A DNA stretch of 63,532 nt, filler included, from Octopus bimaculoides (Eukaryota), in NCBI RefSeq assembly GCF_001194135.2. It is 4 parts of 4 records of this genome, joined end to end, with 100 filler letters (N's around TTAATTAATTAA, not from the genome) between each part and the next. Parts side by side here need not be neighbours in the genome. Positions count along the whole stretch, not along the records: positions 41,758 to 63,532 come from NC_068986.1; 3 more parts are not named here. One strand, given 5' to 3'. How positions within the stretch are numbered: position 1 is the first letter of the stretch; each line of letters begins with the position of its first letter. The notes under the pieces are model-generated. The model was given only the letters and a program-made list of their open reading frames with translations, was not told the DNA's origin and searched no databases. The position numbers were made by a program, and so were the translations under genes. Positions 51,322 to 63,532 of this stretch are shown here, in pieces.

Positions 51322-51590
51322 TGAAGATGCATGGCTTAGTGGTTAGGGTATTTGGCTCAAGATTATATAGTTGTGGGTTTGATTCCTGGCGACGCATTGT
51401 GTCCTTGAGCAAGACACTTTATTTCACATTGCTCCACTCCACTCAGCTGGCAAAAATGAATTGTACCTGTAATTCAAAAAGGCCAGCCTTGTCCCATTCT
51501 GTGTCATGCTGAATCTCACTGAGAACTACATTAAGGATACCCATGTCTGTCGAGTGCTCAGCCACTTCCATGTTAATTTCACATGCTGGC
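51322..51590 (+). mobile_element. Decayed SINE: different tRNA-like head joined to the family A 3' domain
   Basis: Head gatgcatggcttagtggttagg...tttgattcctgg (similar to 5140-5265), followed by tgtacctgtaattcaaa...gagaactacattaagg...ggagtgcca as in family A. Confidence 0.7.
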
Positions 51591-52226
51591 TGTTCCATTC
51601 ATTGGATCAAATGGAACCCTAGTTATCATAACTGTCGGAGTGCCAGTTAAATTTTCATTCATTCAATCTCCGGCCATTTTCAGTAAGATCTGACATAGAC
51701 TAAAATGCATTTTACAATTACTCCCATTCTCCTACCCATTCATCTCACTTTCCCTTGTGACTGAAATCCATTTTTGATTGACAGTGAAGAGCCCCAGCAT
51801 GGCCCAGTCCATTGACTTAAGCAACTAAATCAATACTCTACAATATGTGCAGTTATATGTATGCGTTATATATATATATATATACTTATGTATATATCTT
51901 CATATACATATATACATTATGTGTGTATTTATATACATACATAATACATGCAGTGAGATTGTACGTGTTCTTCTGTGTGTGTGTGTGTGTGTGTTTGGCC
52001 AAATATTAGCCAATTGATCAAAGAAATAAAAACGGAAAATTATTTGAGTTTGTTATTTTGTCTCTTTCTTTTTCAGAACACTACTTTTGTTCATGACATC
52101 ATCATCTTTTAAGTCATTATCAAAGACACTTTGATTCTTTTGAGTTAGTAATTCCCTCAGCTTCAGTTGACAAATATTACCTTGCCTAGCTTTAGAATCG
52201 TTTCTTGTATGTGTGTGTTTATATAT

Positions 52227-52266
<40 letters not shown>

Positions 52267-53370
52267 GTATATATNNNNNNNNNNNNNNNNNNNNNNNNNN
52301 NNNNNNNNNNNNNNNNNNNNNNNNNNNNNNNNNNNNNNNNNNNNNNNNNNNNNNNNNNNNNNNNNNNNNNNNNNNNNNNNNNNNNNNNNNNNNNNNNNNN
52401 NNNNNNNNNNNNNNNNNNNNNNNNNNNNNNNNNNNNNNNNNNNNNNNNNNNNNNNNNNNNNNNNNNNNNNNNNNNNNNNNNNNNNNNNNNNNNNNNNNNN
52501 NNNNNNNNNNNNNNNNNNNNNNNNNNNNNNNNNNNNNNNNNNNNNNNNNNNNNNNNNNNNNNNNNNNNNNNNNNNNNNNNNNNNNNNNNNNNNNNNNNNN
52601 NNNNNNNNNNNNNNNNNNNNNNNNNNNNNNNNNNNNNNNNNNNNNNNNNNNNNNNNNNNNNNNNNNNNNNNNNNNNNNNNNNNNNNNNNNNNNNNNNNNN
52701 NNNNNNNNNNNNNNNNNNNNNNNNNNNNNNNNNNNNNNNNNNNNNNNNNNNNNNNNNNNNNNNNNNNNNNNNNNNNNNNNNNNNNNNNNNNNNNNNNNNN
52801 NNNNNNNNNNNNNNNNNNNNNNNNNNNNNNNNNNNNNNNNNNNNNNNNNNNNNNNNNNNNNNNNNNNNNNNNNNNNNNNNNNNNNNNNNNNNNNNNNNNN
52901 NNNNNNNNNNNNNNNNNNNNNNNNNNNNNNNNNNNNNNNNNNNNNNNNNNNNNNNNNNNNNNNNNNNNNNNNNNNNNNNNNNNNNNNNNNNNNNNNNNNN
53001 NNNNNNNNNNNNNNNNNNNNNNNNNNNNNNNNNNNNNNNNNNNNNNNNNNNNNNNNNNNNNNNNNNNNNNNNNNNNNNNNNNNNNNNNNNNNNNNNNNNN
53101 NNNNNNNNNNNNNNNNNNNNNNNNNNNNNNNNNNNNNNNNNNNNNNNNNNNNNNNNNNNNNNNNNNNNNATGAAATGAAAATTTGAAGAAAATGCTTATC
53201 CTTATTTGAAAAAAAGAAAAGAAAAAATAGCTTGTGACTGATACATGCAAAAATGGTTGTGTCAACTCAATGTTTTTGATTTCAATTATGGTTCCAGAGG
53301 GAATATTGTAGATATTTTAAAGTTCATTTGAGTGAAGTCACTCTTATAATTTTCCACATGAAATTTTAAT

Positions 53371-53510
53371 GTTGGGCATCCAGCTGTAGAAACTCTACCA
53401 AATCAGATTGGATCCTGGTGTAGCCATCTGGTTTCACCAGTCCTCAGTCAAATCGTCCAACCCATGCTAGCATGGAAAGCAGACGTTAAACGACGATGAT
53501 GATGATGATG
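53371..53510 (+). mobile_element. Retroposon 3' tail ending gacgttaaac(gat)n (others at 6640-6785 +, 10826-10964 - and 5445-5690 -)
   Basis: ggcatccagctgtagaaactct...ccatgctagcatggaaagcagacgttaaacgacgatgatgatg, near-identical to the reverse complement of 10826-10964. Confidence 0.75.
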
Positions 53511-54947
53511 CTTAAGGAAAGAAGCTTAGATGTGAATATGAAAATGCATCTTGAGAGACATCATGTAACCCAGACTTTCATATGCTATTAGGGAGCCTAC
53601 AGTGGTTTTCAGCAGTGATTTCCAATGAAAACTTTTAGTGGCCTCTACAGAAGATGTCCAAACTACAAGTATTTTTCTTTTCCATTGAAGTAAGTGCAGG
53701 CTAAAATACTCAACACAGTAGGGCCAAAATATAATTTTAATTAATTGAAATTAAAAGAGCAGAAAAGACATTTGTGTTAATCGCAATGTTTGTCAAGGAA
53801 GGCAAGGGAGGGAACTCCAAAATCTTAATTGATTAAAAATTGTAGACGTTAAGCTCAACGATAAATCTTTTGCCAATCTCTATCTTCCACCAGATTAAAA
53901 ACACATTTATATGCAGTTTATGCTAAAACATGCAGAAGCAGAGATGGGATTACACAAAATCTAGATGTGATAGTTTTAGAATCAGCCTACTGAAAAAACA
54001 CCTCAGTTACGAAATGGCTCTAAAATACTTTTGGAAAATTTTTTTCGTGATGTATATATCAAGACTGAACCAAAAATAAATAGTTTTACTTCATCTAAAT
54101 TCGAATTGAATTTTAAGGTTGATTGTCATAGATTTATTTACATAATCCTTGTAAGGTTGTATAGAAATGCTTCTGGGCTTTAAATGCCTTTAAATCTGTC
54201 AATAAAATGAGAATCATAGTTAACTTGATTCCATAACTTTATGAAATGCCAAGGCAAATCGATCCTCTTAGTGAACACATTAACTAACACACATACAGAC
54301 AGGCACACACACACACACAGATATTCCTTCAATCAAACACTTCAGGTTCTTACTAAAACAACATTCCAACATTGATTATTTAATAAACGTTTCTGGTGGG
54401 GAAAGAGAAGTATTGAAAGAGAAAATCGACTTCCATTTGTTTTATCATATCTTGTATCAGATACTTTGGGATTCAATGTATTGTTTTAAAAAATTCATAC
54501 ATTTAAGTTCCTCAGAAGATCAAAGATTTTTAACTTTCAGAAGTCTTTCTTTTCTCCTTTTTTTGTTATTTGTGTATGTGTGTGTGCATGTGGAAAGACA
54601 GAATGAGAGTGAAAGGGTATGAGAGGGAGAGAGAAGGAAGAAGTGAAAGATAGAGAGAGGGAGAGAGAGAGAGAGAGAGAGAGGGAGAAAGAAAGGGAGG
54701 GAGTGAGAGAGAGAGGGAGAAAGAAAGGGAGGGAGGGAGTGAGAGAGAGAGGGAGAAAGAAAGGGAGGGAGTGAGAGAGAGAGAGATTTCAATGCGTACC
54801 AGATATTTAAGAATGTTTACCTGACATATTCGATGAAATATGGAAAATGTTTTGTAAATATTTGTATAAAAAAACATGACAAATTAATGCAGCTAGACAG
54901 TGATCTAACAATACTGTTGACTTCCAACAATAAATCTAACAATACTA

Positions 54948-55163
54948 TTGGGTTGGTGCATAATTATTGCAGCTTTTTTTCAACTAAAACAATAACAATA
55001 TTTAACAAAAACATCTTTAAATGACGGTCTGCCAAGCAAATGGGAAGCAGTAATTGAAGTAGATGGTGAATATGCTTCAGAATAATCATTTAAAGATGTT
55101 TTTGTTACATGTTGTTATTGTTTTTGTTGAAAAAAAAGCCGCAATAATTATGCACCAACCCAA
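54948..55163 (+). mobile_element. Mariner-derived MITE with long (~75 bp) inverted termini
   Basis: TA|ttgggttggtgcataattattgc ... gcaataattatgcaccaacccaa|TA. The spacer reads DGLPSKWEAVIEVDGEYASE*, resembling a mariner C-terminus. Confidence 0.85.
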
Positions 55164-56339
55164 TATATAACAAGGACAGAAATCAATATACTTAGACTAA
55201 ATCCATGAACACACAAACATGATTATGTAGTCAAGAAATTTCTTTGGGAACTTTGTGGTTTCATATTCAGTCCTGCTGTATATCAAGCATTTTGCTTATC
55301 TTGGCTTTATATTGACCTTGTGAGTGAAATTTGTTTGCTGGAAGCTGTATGCCGCTTAAAGGGACTGTTTCTGTTCTTAAGAAGGAAACTTCACCCAGTT
55401 TAACTAAGCTTTCTGATCTAGGGTACCTGCAGCATTTACGTCTCTAATTTGAAGGTAACTTCCTCTCACCAGTCTTAGAGGTTATGCAAAAGTTCGTGTG
55501 TGCTGCCTTTCTTCCTGGAAGCCATAAAAACATTTACACCCGACCACTTCTAAAACCGCTTTAGACAGGAAAGGAGCAGTTTAAAATTAGAATAGTTAAT
55601 AAAAAAATTTTAAAATGCAGTGGTTTCATAATCTTTTATTCTTTTACTTTTTCTTGGTCATTTAACTGTAGCCTTGATGGGACACTGCCTTGAAGGGTTA
55701 GGCTGAACAAATCAATCACAGACATTTTATAAAACAGAACCTAGACATTTTAAGTCTAGTATTAATTCTATCAATTGCCTTTGCCAAACTGTGAATTTAC
55801 AGATGCATAAACAAATCAACACCAGTTATCAAGCAGTGGCAGAGATAACACATGCACACACACAAATTTATGTAAGTATGCATGCATGCAAATTCCAGGC
55901 ACGGTGGTCTTGAGAATAGTCAACGTCCTGAGTATTGAGGCAATGGTACACTGTTTACATTGGACTGCATACCTTATATGGCAAACTTGTTTGAGGAAAG
56001 TGCTCCTAGTGGAAAACAAGACCATGATTCAAGGATTGCACAGTCTTCATTGAAGGAATGTGAAATATGAGAAGTCAATTGGGAAAGCAACAATGGAGGA
56101 AACAAGTAAAGGAAGAAGGGGATATTTTAACAACCCCGCAAAAAAACAGGTATTTTTTATGCTACTTGAAAATGCACTGCCAGTTAGTGAATGGAGGAAG
56201 TTTGGTCTGTAATATCAGCAGACATATATGTTTCTCAAAAGCTGAGCCCATTAGTCACCAGCAGATTTCTCTGAGTACAAAATGTTTTTAATGATCAGCG
56301 ATAGTCTTTCCTCACTGGTGAACAGCCATCATATATATA

Positions 56340-57637
56340 CAGGGTGCGTAAGATATTTGAGGACAGATTTATGTTTATAAAAAAACAGATATATAATAAC
56401 AGATAATAACTTTATTTATCAAAAAATGTTATGAGAATAAAAATAAACCTTCTTTTCTATAATGTTATTCAACAAAGCCACCTTCAGCTTCAACAGCTGC
56501 TTCTATATGAGATCTAAATCATCTACATGCTTAAATCAAGTGGTCCTGGTTCATTTTGGACATTACTCTGACTTGGCAACTTTAAAAGAATCTTTGGTAT
56601 TATGGGCATGCTCATTGGCCTCTCTCTCAACAATGTTCCACATGTAATAGTCCAATGGATTGAGATCTGGGGAATTAGGAGGCCAAGTGTTAGGGGTTAT
56701 GTGGTCATGAAAATTTTCAACCATCCATTCCTGTGTTACTAGAGCCATGTGTGATAACGCAGAGTCTTATTGAAACACATATGGTCTTCCATTGCATACA
56801 CTGTTTATCCATGGCTTAACAATTATTTCCAGGATCTCAATGTAGGCGACAGAGTTAACTCTAAGGCCTTATGGAAAGAAGTAAGGCGGCATCTCATGTC
56901 CTTCATTGCTGACAACCCCTAAAACCATGACAGTTGCAGGAAATTTTGTATGCACTTGGAACTTCAGAAGAATCTGCACATAACCATCTGTCATTTCTTT
57001 GATCTTCATTTCTTTCAAGCCTACACATGTCCTCAGCAGTCACAGCCCATGTTTTACTGCCATGTAGCATGGCTGTTTGCAACAGGCATCATACAGTCTT
57101 CTGCTGGATTTTTCAGTTTGTTTAAGAGCCTTTTAGATCTGATGTAGTGATTTTCTTTTTCTTTTTCTGACAAACTGACCTTTCCTCATCATACAAGACT
57201 TATATCTGATGTCTTTGTGGATAACATTTCTGACGGTTCCTTCTGACACATGGAGATCTTTTGCAATTAACCTCATGGACTTTATGGGATTGTAATCAAT
57301 GGTCCATTGAACTTGCTGGATAAATTCAGGTGTTCTGATGATTTCAGAGTGTTTAGAATGCTTTTTATGCTTTGAAACTGGTGATACGTTCCATCTTCAG
57401 TCTCTAGCTCCTCATAAACTTTGTAGATGAAAGATCTGGCAACTTTTAAAAATTGAGATATTTCTAAATTGCTATGCTCAGCTTTTATAACCACAATAAC
57501 AGCATGCCTCTTCATTTCTTGAGTAAGCTGAGGGTCTGCCATTATTATTTTCTGAAACAAAGATTATACAGAGTTAGCAAAAAAATGCAGTAATGACCCA
57601 CCACAAAAAAATGTCCTCAAATACCTTATGCACTCTG
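56340..57637 (-). mobile_element. Tc1/mariner superfamily DNA transposon, maT (DD37D) type, full length but decayed
   Basis: TIRs cagggtgcgtaagatatttgaggaca and (revcomp) cagagtgcataaggtatttgaggaca, flanked by TA; 1298 bp. Transposase remnants MADPQLTQEMKRHAV..., KFPATVMVLGVVSNEGH and FQ*DSA...WPPNSPDLNPLDYY, with 37 residues between the 2nd and 3rd Asp. Contains stops and frameshifts. Confidence 0.9.
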
Positions 57638-58059
57638 TATATATATATATATAAGAGAATATATGAGAAAGTAGGTGTAAAAGGTGGAAGGGTGAAAACC
57701 CTGGAAAACAAAAGGAAAAACAAAAAGTAAAAAGAGGAACAATTAGAATTATGTCTCCTTTAAACGTAAAGCCATAATAAGGCTGAACAGATAGGGGGTC
57801 TAGAGTCTGTGGTAAAATTGCTCAAATCGGAGAGGGTGGTATTTTTCAATTCACCAACAGGAACTTAAACATGTTTACATCTGCTAAAAATTTCAGATCT
57901 GCAATTCAACAGTGCAGTATTCTAAGATCTGAAAGGGATCTGCGATCTTTCAGTTATGCATAGCTTGCATTTTTGTGAACCATTACCATATGGCATAGAT
58001 TTTTCAACTGTTTTCCATTTGATTGTATGTCATGTGGAGTTAGATTTCAAACCCCATTC

Positions 58060-58285
58060 GTGGCTAGCCAACTTATTAGTGATGGCTGGGGACAAAAACA
58101 CACACACATATATATATACATATTTGACGGGCTTCTTTCAGTTTCCATCTATCAAATCCACTCACAAGGATTTGGTCTGCTCAAGGCTTTAGTAGAAGAC
58201 ACTTACCAAAGGTGTCACACAGTGGGACCAAACCATGTAGTTGGGAAGCAAGCTTGTTACCACACAGCTATGTCTGTGCCTATGC
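58060..58285 (-). mobile_element. SINE family B, decayed
   Basis: gacgggcttctttcagtttccatctatcaaatccactcacaagg...aaccatgtagttgggaagcaagcttgttaccacacagc. Confidence 0.75.
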
Positions 58286-58654
58286 AGGTTAATTTGTCTT
58301 CATTATCATCATTTAATATCATGGCAGAAAAACAATTTGCAAGGGTAACTTCTACAATATATTAGAATTTAATATAATGTCCAATCCAATCTCAAATGAT
58401 AAACATTGTTGCATCTTTGCTGAACACTGTCATCATTATTTTAACATTTACTTTTCCATGCTTGTATGGGTCAGATAAAAGGTCTTTCAGTTTCTATCTA
58501 CCAAATCTAATCACAAGGTTTTTGGTCATCCCAGGCCCCTTGCCCAAGCTGTCACACAGTGAGACTAAACCTGAAACCACATAGTTAGGAAACAAAACGA
58601 ACATCTCAACCACACATGAAATACTGTTGCATTATTTATGAAATATCCTCAAAG

Positions 58655-58865
58655 TATTGGTTTCACATTTTGGCACAAGGCCAGTAATTTCAGGGAAGGG
58701 GTTAAGTCAATTACATCAACCGCAGTATTCCACTGGTGTTTATTTTATTGACCCCAAAAGAATGAAAGGCAATGTCAACCTCGGTGGAATTTGAACTCAG
58801 AATGTAAAGACAGGCAAAATGCTGGTAAGCATTTTGTCCGGCATGCTAATGATCCTATCAGCTTG
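58655..58865 (-). mobile_element. Further SINE-like family (also at 2172-2355 + and about 46310-46445 -)
   Basis: Shared ctgagttcaaattc(c/t)(a/g)ccgaggt(t/g)ga(c)(t/a)ttgcctttcat core with a tRNA B-box-like gagttcaaatt. Confidence 0.65.
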
Positions 58866-59199
58866 AAGCCTTAAATATTCTCAAAATATCAATTAGTATT
58901 GTTATGATGCAATTTTGCCTGACAGCCTTAATGAGACAGTAGGCCTCTTGTGCTAAACTTACTGTATTTCTCATTTATATTTTCATTCCATCATCTATGA
59001 GTTCTGGAATAAAGTATTGTATTTAGATGTTCAGTGACAGTAGACAGGGTTGGGTCACCAAGAGAAAGAGACTAGCAAATCAACAAAATCACTGAAAACT
59101 GAGAAATTAGGCATTAGATCAAATCCTGCCAAAGCTGCTCTAGCCTTTCATTGATCTACATTTAGAAGAAAGTCACATTATTATGGGGGGAATTAAAAA

Positions 59200-62100
59200 C
59201 ACATAGAAAACAAAAAATTTAAGTTGATATTGTTTTTATTCATAAAACATTTATGCATGAAGGAATTGTTTTTAGATTTTATTTTATTTTTGTATTCAAG
59301 CAGAGACGTATCTGTTGTGGCTTGTAAAGTTAGCAGACTTTACATGAGTTAGGATTATTATTATTTTTTTTTCTTTATCACATTGCAGTTTTCACACACG
59401 CAGCCAATATAACATTCACAATAATAGATAATTTTCAGCCAGTAAGTTACAGCTTGCCATAATAAGGGACTGGCGGCAGTAAACTGGCTGAGAACCGATA
59501 AACCTATACGGACAATAAACTAGTTGAAGTAAACATGCCTCCTTGAAAAAAAAAAACAAAAAAAAAAAACATCAGGAGCATATAAACACATACAAGACAA
59601 GGAAAAAATAACAGAAGTACATTGTTTAAACAACAAATTAAATAAAAATATATTTTAGTCATAGCATCACATATTGCACATAGACTAAGTTTAACTTAGA
59701 AATGCTTTAAAATAACCTGTTTTCTCACTTCTTTCAGTGATTAAAACAAGTTATTTAAGCAAGACAAGTTAACTTAAAAGGGACTTATATATCGCTCCTT
59801 CAGATTACAAATCACACACATCTATACATATAGAAATAATAATTTATTCTTAACCTCTCAATACAGAAGATACAGTAAACATTATTTATATACAAAAATA
59901 CAGACATATAGAGAAAAACTATTTACCTAAACAAATCGACTAAACTTTTTCTTGATATGCTTATATTTATCTGATACAATCTAAGTGCCACTGGTTGGTA
60001 ACAATGCTAATACTCAGAAATGATAATCCAAAATTGTTTCCATACACCAGTGTCTAAGTAAGATACAGCTTTTGGAGTGGATGGGTGGAGGACACAATTA
60101 AAATAAGTGAGACATTTTGTAGCAATGTTAGAGAGAAATGTAGGACCAAAGAGATTTTGGAGGTTTTTTTTTTTTTTTAATGCATTCATTATTTCGATTT
60201 GTGTGTCTAAAAGGCAGAAAGAGCGTTAAATAATATCACTACCACCTCCCAGAGACATATGAACTGTTAGGTTTGAAAAATTCACCCAGGACGATTTAAT
60301 TAAAAAAACCTGTCATAGTAAGACATTGATCAGATTTAGGACAAGTCTGAGATCTAGTTTACTGACTGGAATCCAAAAATCGAAGACATTCACACCTAAG
60401 TTACAGTCTAACAAAACTCGGGGAAAGTAAATCTTGCAATTGCTTTTCCCATAATGTGCCGTCTGAGACAAATTCTTAGTTTTTATTGAGTTGGCCAAAA
60501 GGTCTTTCTTTCATAACATTCTGATGATAGGGAAAGCTGAAAATATAAGGCCACTGATGGATTTCTATAGTTTGGGTTGATTTGTAGTTTCATCAGTGAT
60601 TAAGTTTTGTCACTTGTATGTACATGAAGATCAAAAGAAAGAGCCAAAATGATATCAATACCTGCAAGCAGTAAGTTTGTAAAGATATTAAATAAAGAAG
60701 GTGAGAAAACATCATGGTGATATATGCAGAATAGAATATTGGTATTTATGCAAGACGAAATGCCTAAACCTAGGAAGGAATGCAAGCATTTTAGAAGACA
60801 AAGGGTAACACTAAAGTTTCTCATCAAGAGATCTGCATTAATTTCAATTAAAAACTTGATATGCTGCATTGTAAAACAAATGATGCAGAGACAATAGCGA
60901 TATTTACCTGTCTGTTTTTTTTTTAACAAACTTGGTACTTCTACAAGAGAAGACTCATCTACAACTATGAATCCAAATTTTATTGGAAGTAAACAATTTA
61001 TTATAGTGTTCATTCATTTAGACATGTAAAACAAGACTACATCTTAGCATAGGAATATCCACCGACTAAGGAATATTTTGAATCCCTTTAATTTCTTGTT
61101 TAATGTCCAAGAGCAAATAGCATCTGTAGGTGTTATCTTTTCCCCAGAGATAAAAAGGAGCAAATGAAAGTTGTTATAAAAGTCAACGCAAAAAAAAAAA
61201 GGAAATATTCATGTCCTATATCATAAATAATTCAAACATAATACGGGACAAATATTGCTTCCTCGCTCCTTTGATAAAACAATATTAAGGAAGCGCAATG
61301 AAATAATTATTTTAAAGAAAACTAAACAAAATGTTTACAATACTTCAGTACAAAAACCATACCATGACAAAATGCTACAGAAGACTCACTATTGTTCCAG
61401 GAAATATGGTATAAATGAATAAAATAGCTACAGTAGGTTATTGCAAATAAGGGTACAGACTAACAATGTGCCTAGTGCAAGATAATGTATAACTTTACCG
61501 ATACCGAATATTGTTAGATGGAGGTAGTTTAAAAGCCAGGCATTCACAAAGAAAAGATGTACATAAAATAGCCAATAGATTCTGGTTATATATGTGTGTC
61601 AGCCTGTTTTGGACCAAGTTAAATGAAAATCATAGAGCTGTGAAGGAAAAGCATGATTTTCTTCTCATTGAGTCAGCAATCTCAGCATATTTAAAGACAA
61701 ACAGAAGTGTGAGCACAGATACATTGCTGTTTTCTGTTGAGATTATGACAAGTTTTAGATGAGCTAAATGTAGAAAAGTTGATCTAATAAGCATAACAAA
61801 AGTGAAACTAAATGATTTTGGCATATCTACATTGAATTAACATGTGGTTGTAAGTGCAGAATATTTTACTCATAGATTTGGTTTTTATTCCATATTCTTA
61901 AATTTTTTTTTTTAATTCTCTGATTTTGCAACTGGGATAGAAAATCTAGTGCGATTCATAAAATGAACTGCAAGAGTTTTACAGACAGTAAAACAAATAA
62001 ACAGAAAACAAAAATAAAAGGAGAAGATTTTTATTACAAACAGGAACAGTTTGTCATTTGTAACATCCAAATCAATCTTCCAAATTTCATTCATGTTCTC

Positions 62101-63532
62101 TACTGAACTGCTCAAAGAACAATGCCAATTCAGGAACAAGAACATTCTTAATGTCAAGCAAGTCACTGATTGTTAAAACTGCTTCTTAATATCAGAAGAA
62201 AGGGAATATTGGAACTATTTTCACTAAATTTAAGGATATTTATCACCATTCCTTTATAATAAATGTTAAACTCATTGCAGGTTCTGACATTATCCAAAAA
62301 CTTAATTTTACAGGCACATGCCAAAGCAGACTTTCCCCAAAATTTATAATATATCAAAAAACAATGGGTGTATATATATATATATATATTTCATTTGTAA
62401 TGTGGCATTAAATGTTTGACATTGTTGCACCACACTGTACTGAAAGAAATTATCTAGTATTAATTGATGTCTTACACTGCATGTAGACCTGTATTTGCTG
62501 CACGACAAGACAAATATTGAATGATATTAAATGCTGCAAAAGTTTGTAACAATAACCATTTCTAAACCAGAAAAATGAGAAGAGTTACTCATTATAACAT
62601 CTTACACTCTCTATTCTGATCACATTTTTTCTCTTTCTTTTTACCATAAATTGAAGATCATTTTGAATATCTTGTTTAAATATCCTTTAAACAGTGAAAT
62701 ATAATAAAACAAAAACCCAGTTACTTTGTCTTTTAATTCCATATTAATAAAAAATTAAAATATAAAGCATTTAATCAATGTTATGTATATTAAAAAAAGG
62801 CATATATATATATATATATATAATGAGATTTTCCTCAAGAATTATTCACTGTATCAAATGAGATAACGTTTGTTGCTTTCTGAAATATAAGCCATATTTC
62901 AAGAATTATTTAAACATTTTTTTTAGGAACCTCTAATGTGAAATAGCTAAAATGTTACACCAACCTTCATGACAAAAAGTAGAATTTCTAAAATTACAAG
63001 AGGAAGGAATAATTTTATACCAGTTCATTAGCTATCAACAAATACAAAATGTATGAAAAAAAAAAAATCTCTATAGTGTATTGGAATATTGAATGTCAAA
63101 ATCAAATTTAAAATTGATGGAAAATTGATGAATGAAATGGTTAGTAAATATCTCTTAAACATTTAAGATGAATTAGATCCTAAAACAGAAATGTCTCACC
63201 TTGATGTGCGTTATTTAAAACTAAATGGCACTTCAATCTCTTGCTCATAAACGTTAGTTGCAATGAGAATTAATAAGCATAAATCATTAGATACTAAGTA
63301 GATTTTGTGCAACAAAAAAATTATCATTCTCACTGTCATCCTTATTAAGTAAATAAAGACAAATAAAAATTCACAATCAACTTATAAATACAAAGTCAAT
63401 TTGAGATCTCTCAGTGCATGAAGATTGCAAGCAATGTCACAGATTGAGAATCAGAAATTTCTTTATTTCTTTTTTCTTTTCCTTTGGCAATGAATTTGAA
63501 TTAAAAAAAAAATTGAAGCAAAAGACACAATA
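59200..63532 (-). other. Putative long 3' UTR of a minus-strand gene lying beyond the right edge
   Basis: About 4.3 kb with no recognisable SINE and no gaps, U-rich on the minus strand. Minus-strand AATAAA at 59240-59235 is followed by a U/GU-rich tract (ttttttgttttctatgtgttttt). No credible ORF. Confidence 0.4.

Noticed and set aside
2618-53265. Dozens of long ORFs in the track containing X runs or YI/CV/HT/LSIY repeats
   Set aside because: They are open only because they cross N gaps or di- and tetranucleotide microsatellites.
60600-61013. 137-aa minus-strand ORF
   Set aside because: AT-rich, no motif or splice context, lying in UTR-like sequence.

Overview
Eukaryotic (animal) draft-assembly window, AT-rich, with many N gaps, dense microsatellites and tRNA-derived SINEs. 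The repeat content resembles octopus/coleoid cephalopod DNA (inference from recall, not a database hit). Nearly all ORF-track entries are artefacts of gaps, microsatellites or decayed transposons. Two protein-coding loci are supported, both on the minus strand. (1) The 5' part of a spliced proline-rich gene that the ORF track misses: four phase-compatible exons at 16995-16980, 14105-13999, 13165-13075 and 4784-4713, continuing left. (2) A single-coding-exon, 337-aa type II membrane LicD/fukutin-FKRP-family nucleotidyltransferase at 44063-43050. Mobile DNA includes a full-length decayed maT (DD37D) transposon, two mariner-derived MITE families, a Tigger/pogo remnant, a probable Helentron-type non-autonomous element, RTE and CR1 LINE fragments, Penelope-like remnants with minimal hammerhead ribozyme motifs, and several SINE families. 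Three identical 100-nt spacers (44N-TTAATTAATTAA-44N) are synthetic scaffold joins. The most unusual observations are a 96-bp perfect copy of a neighbouring LINE pasted into the transposase catalytic region, a CpG-rich 15-bp minisatellite that appears to have grown out of a SINE, and one hammerhead motif with an intact core. I found no convincing multi-gene novel system.
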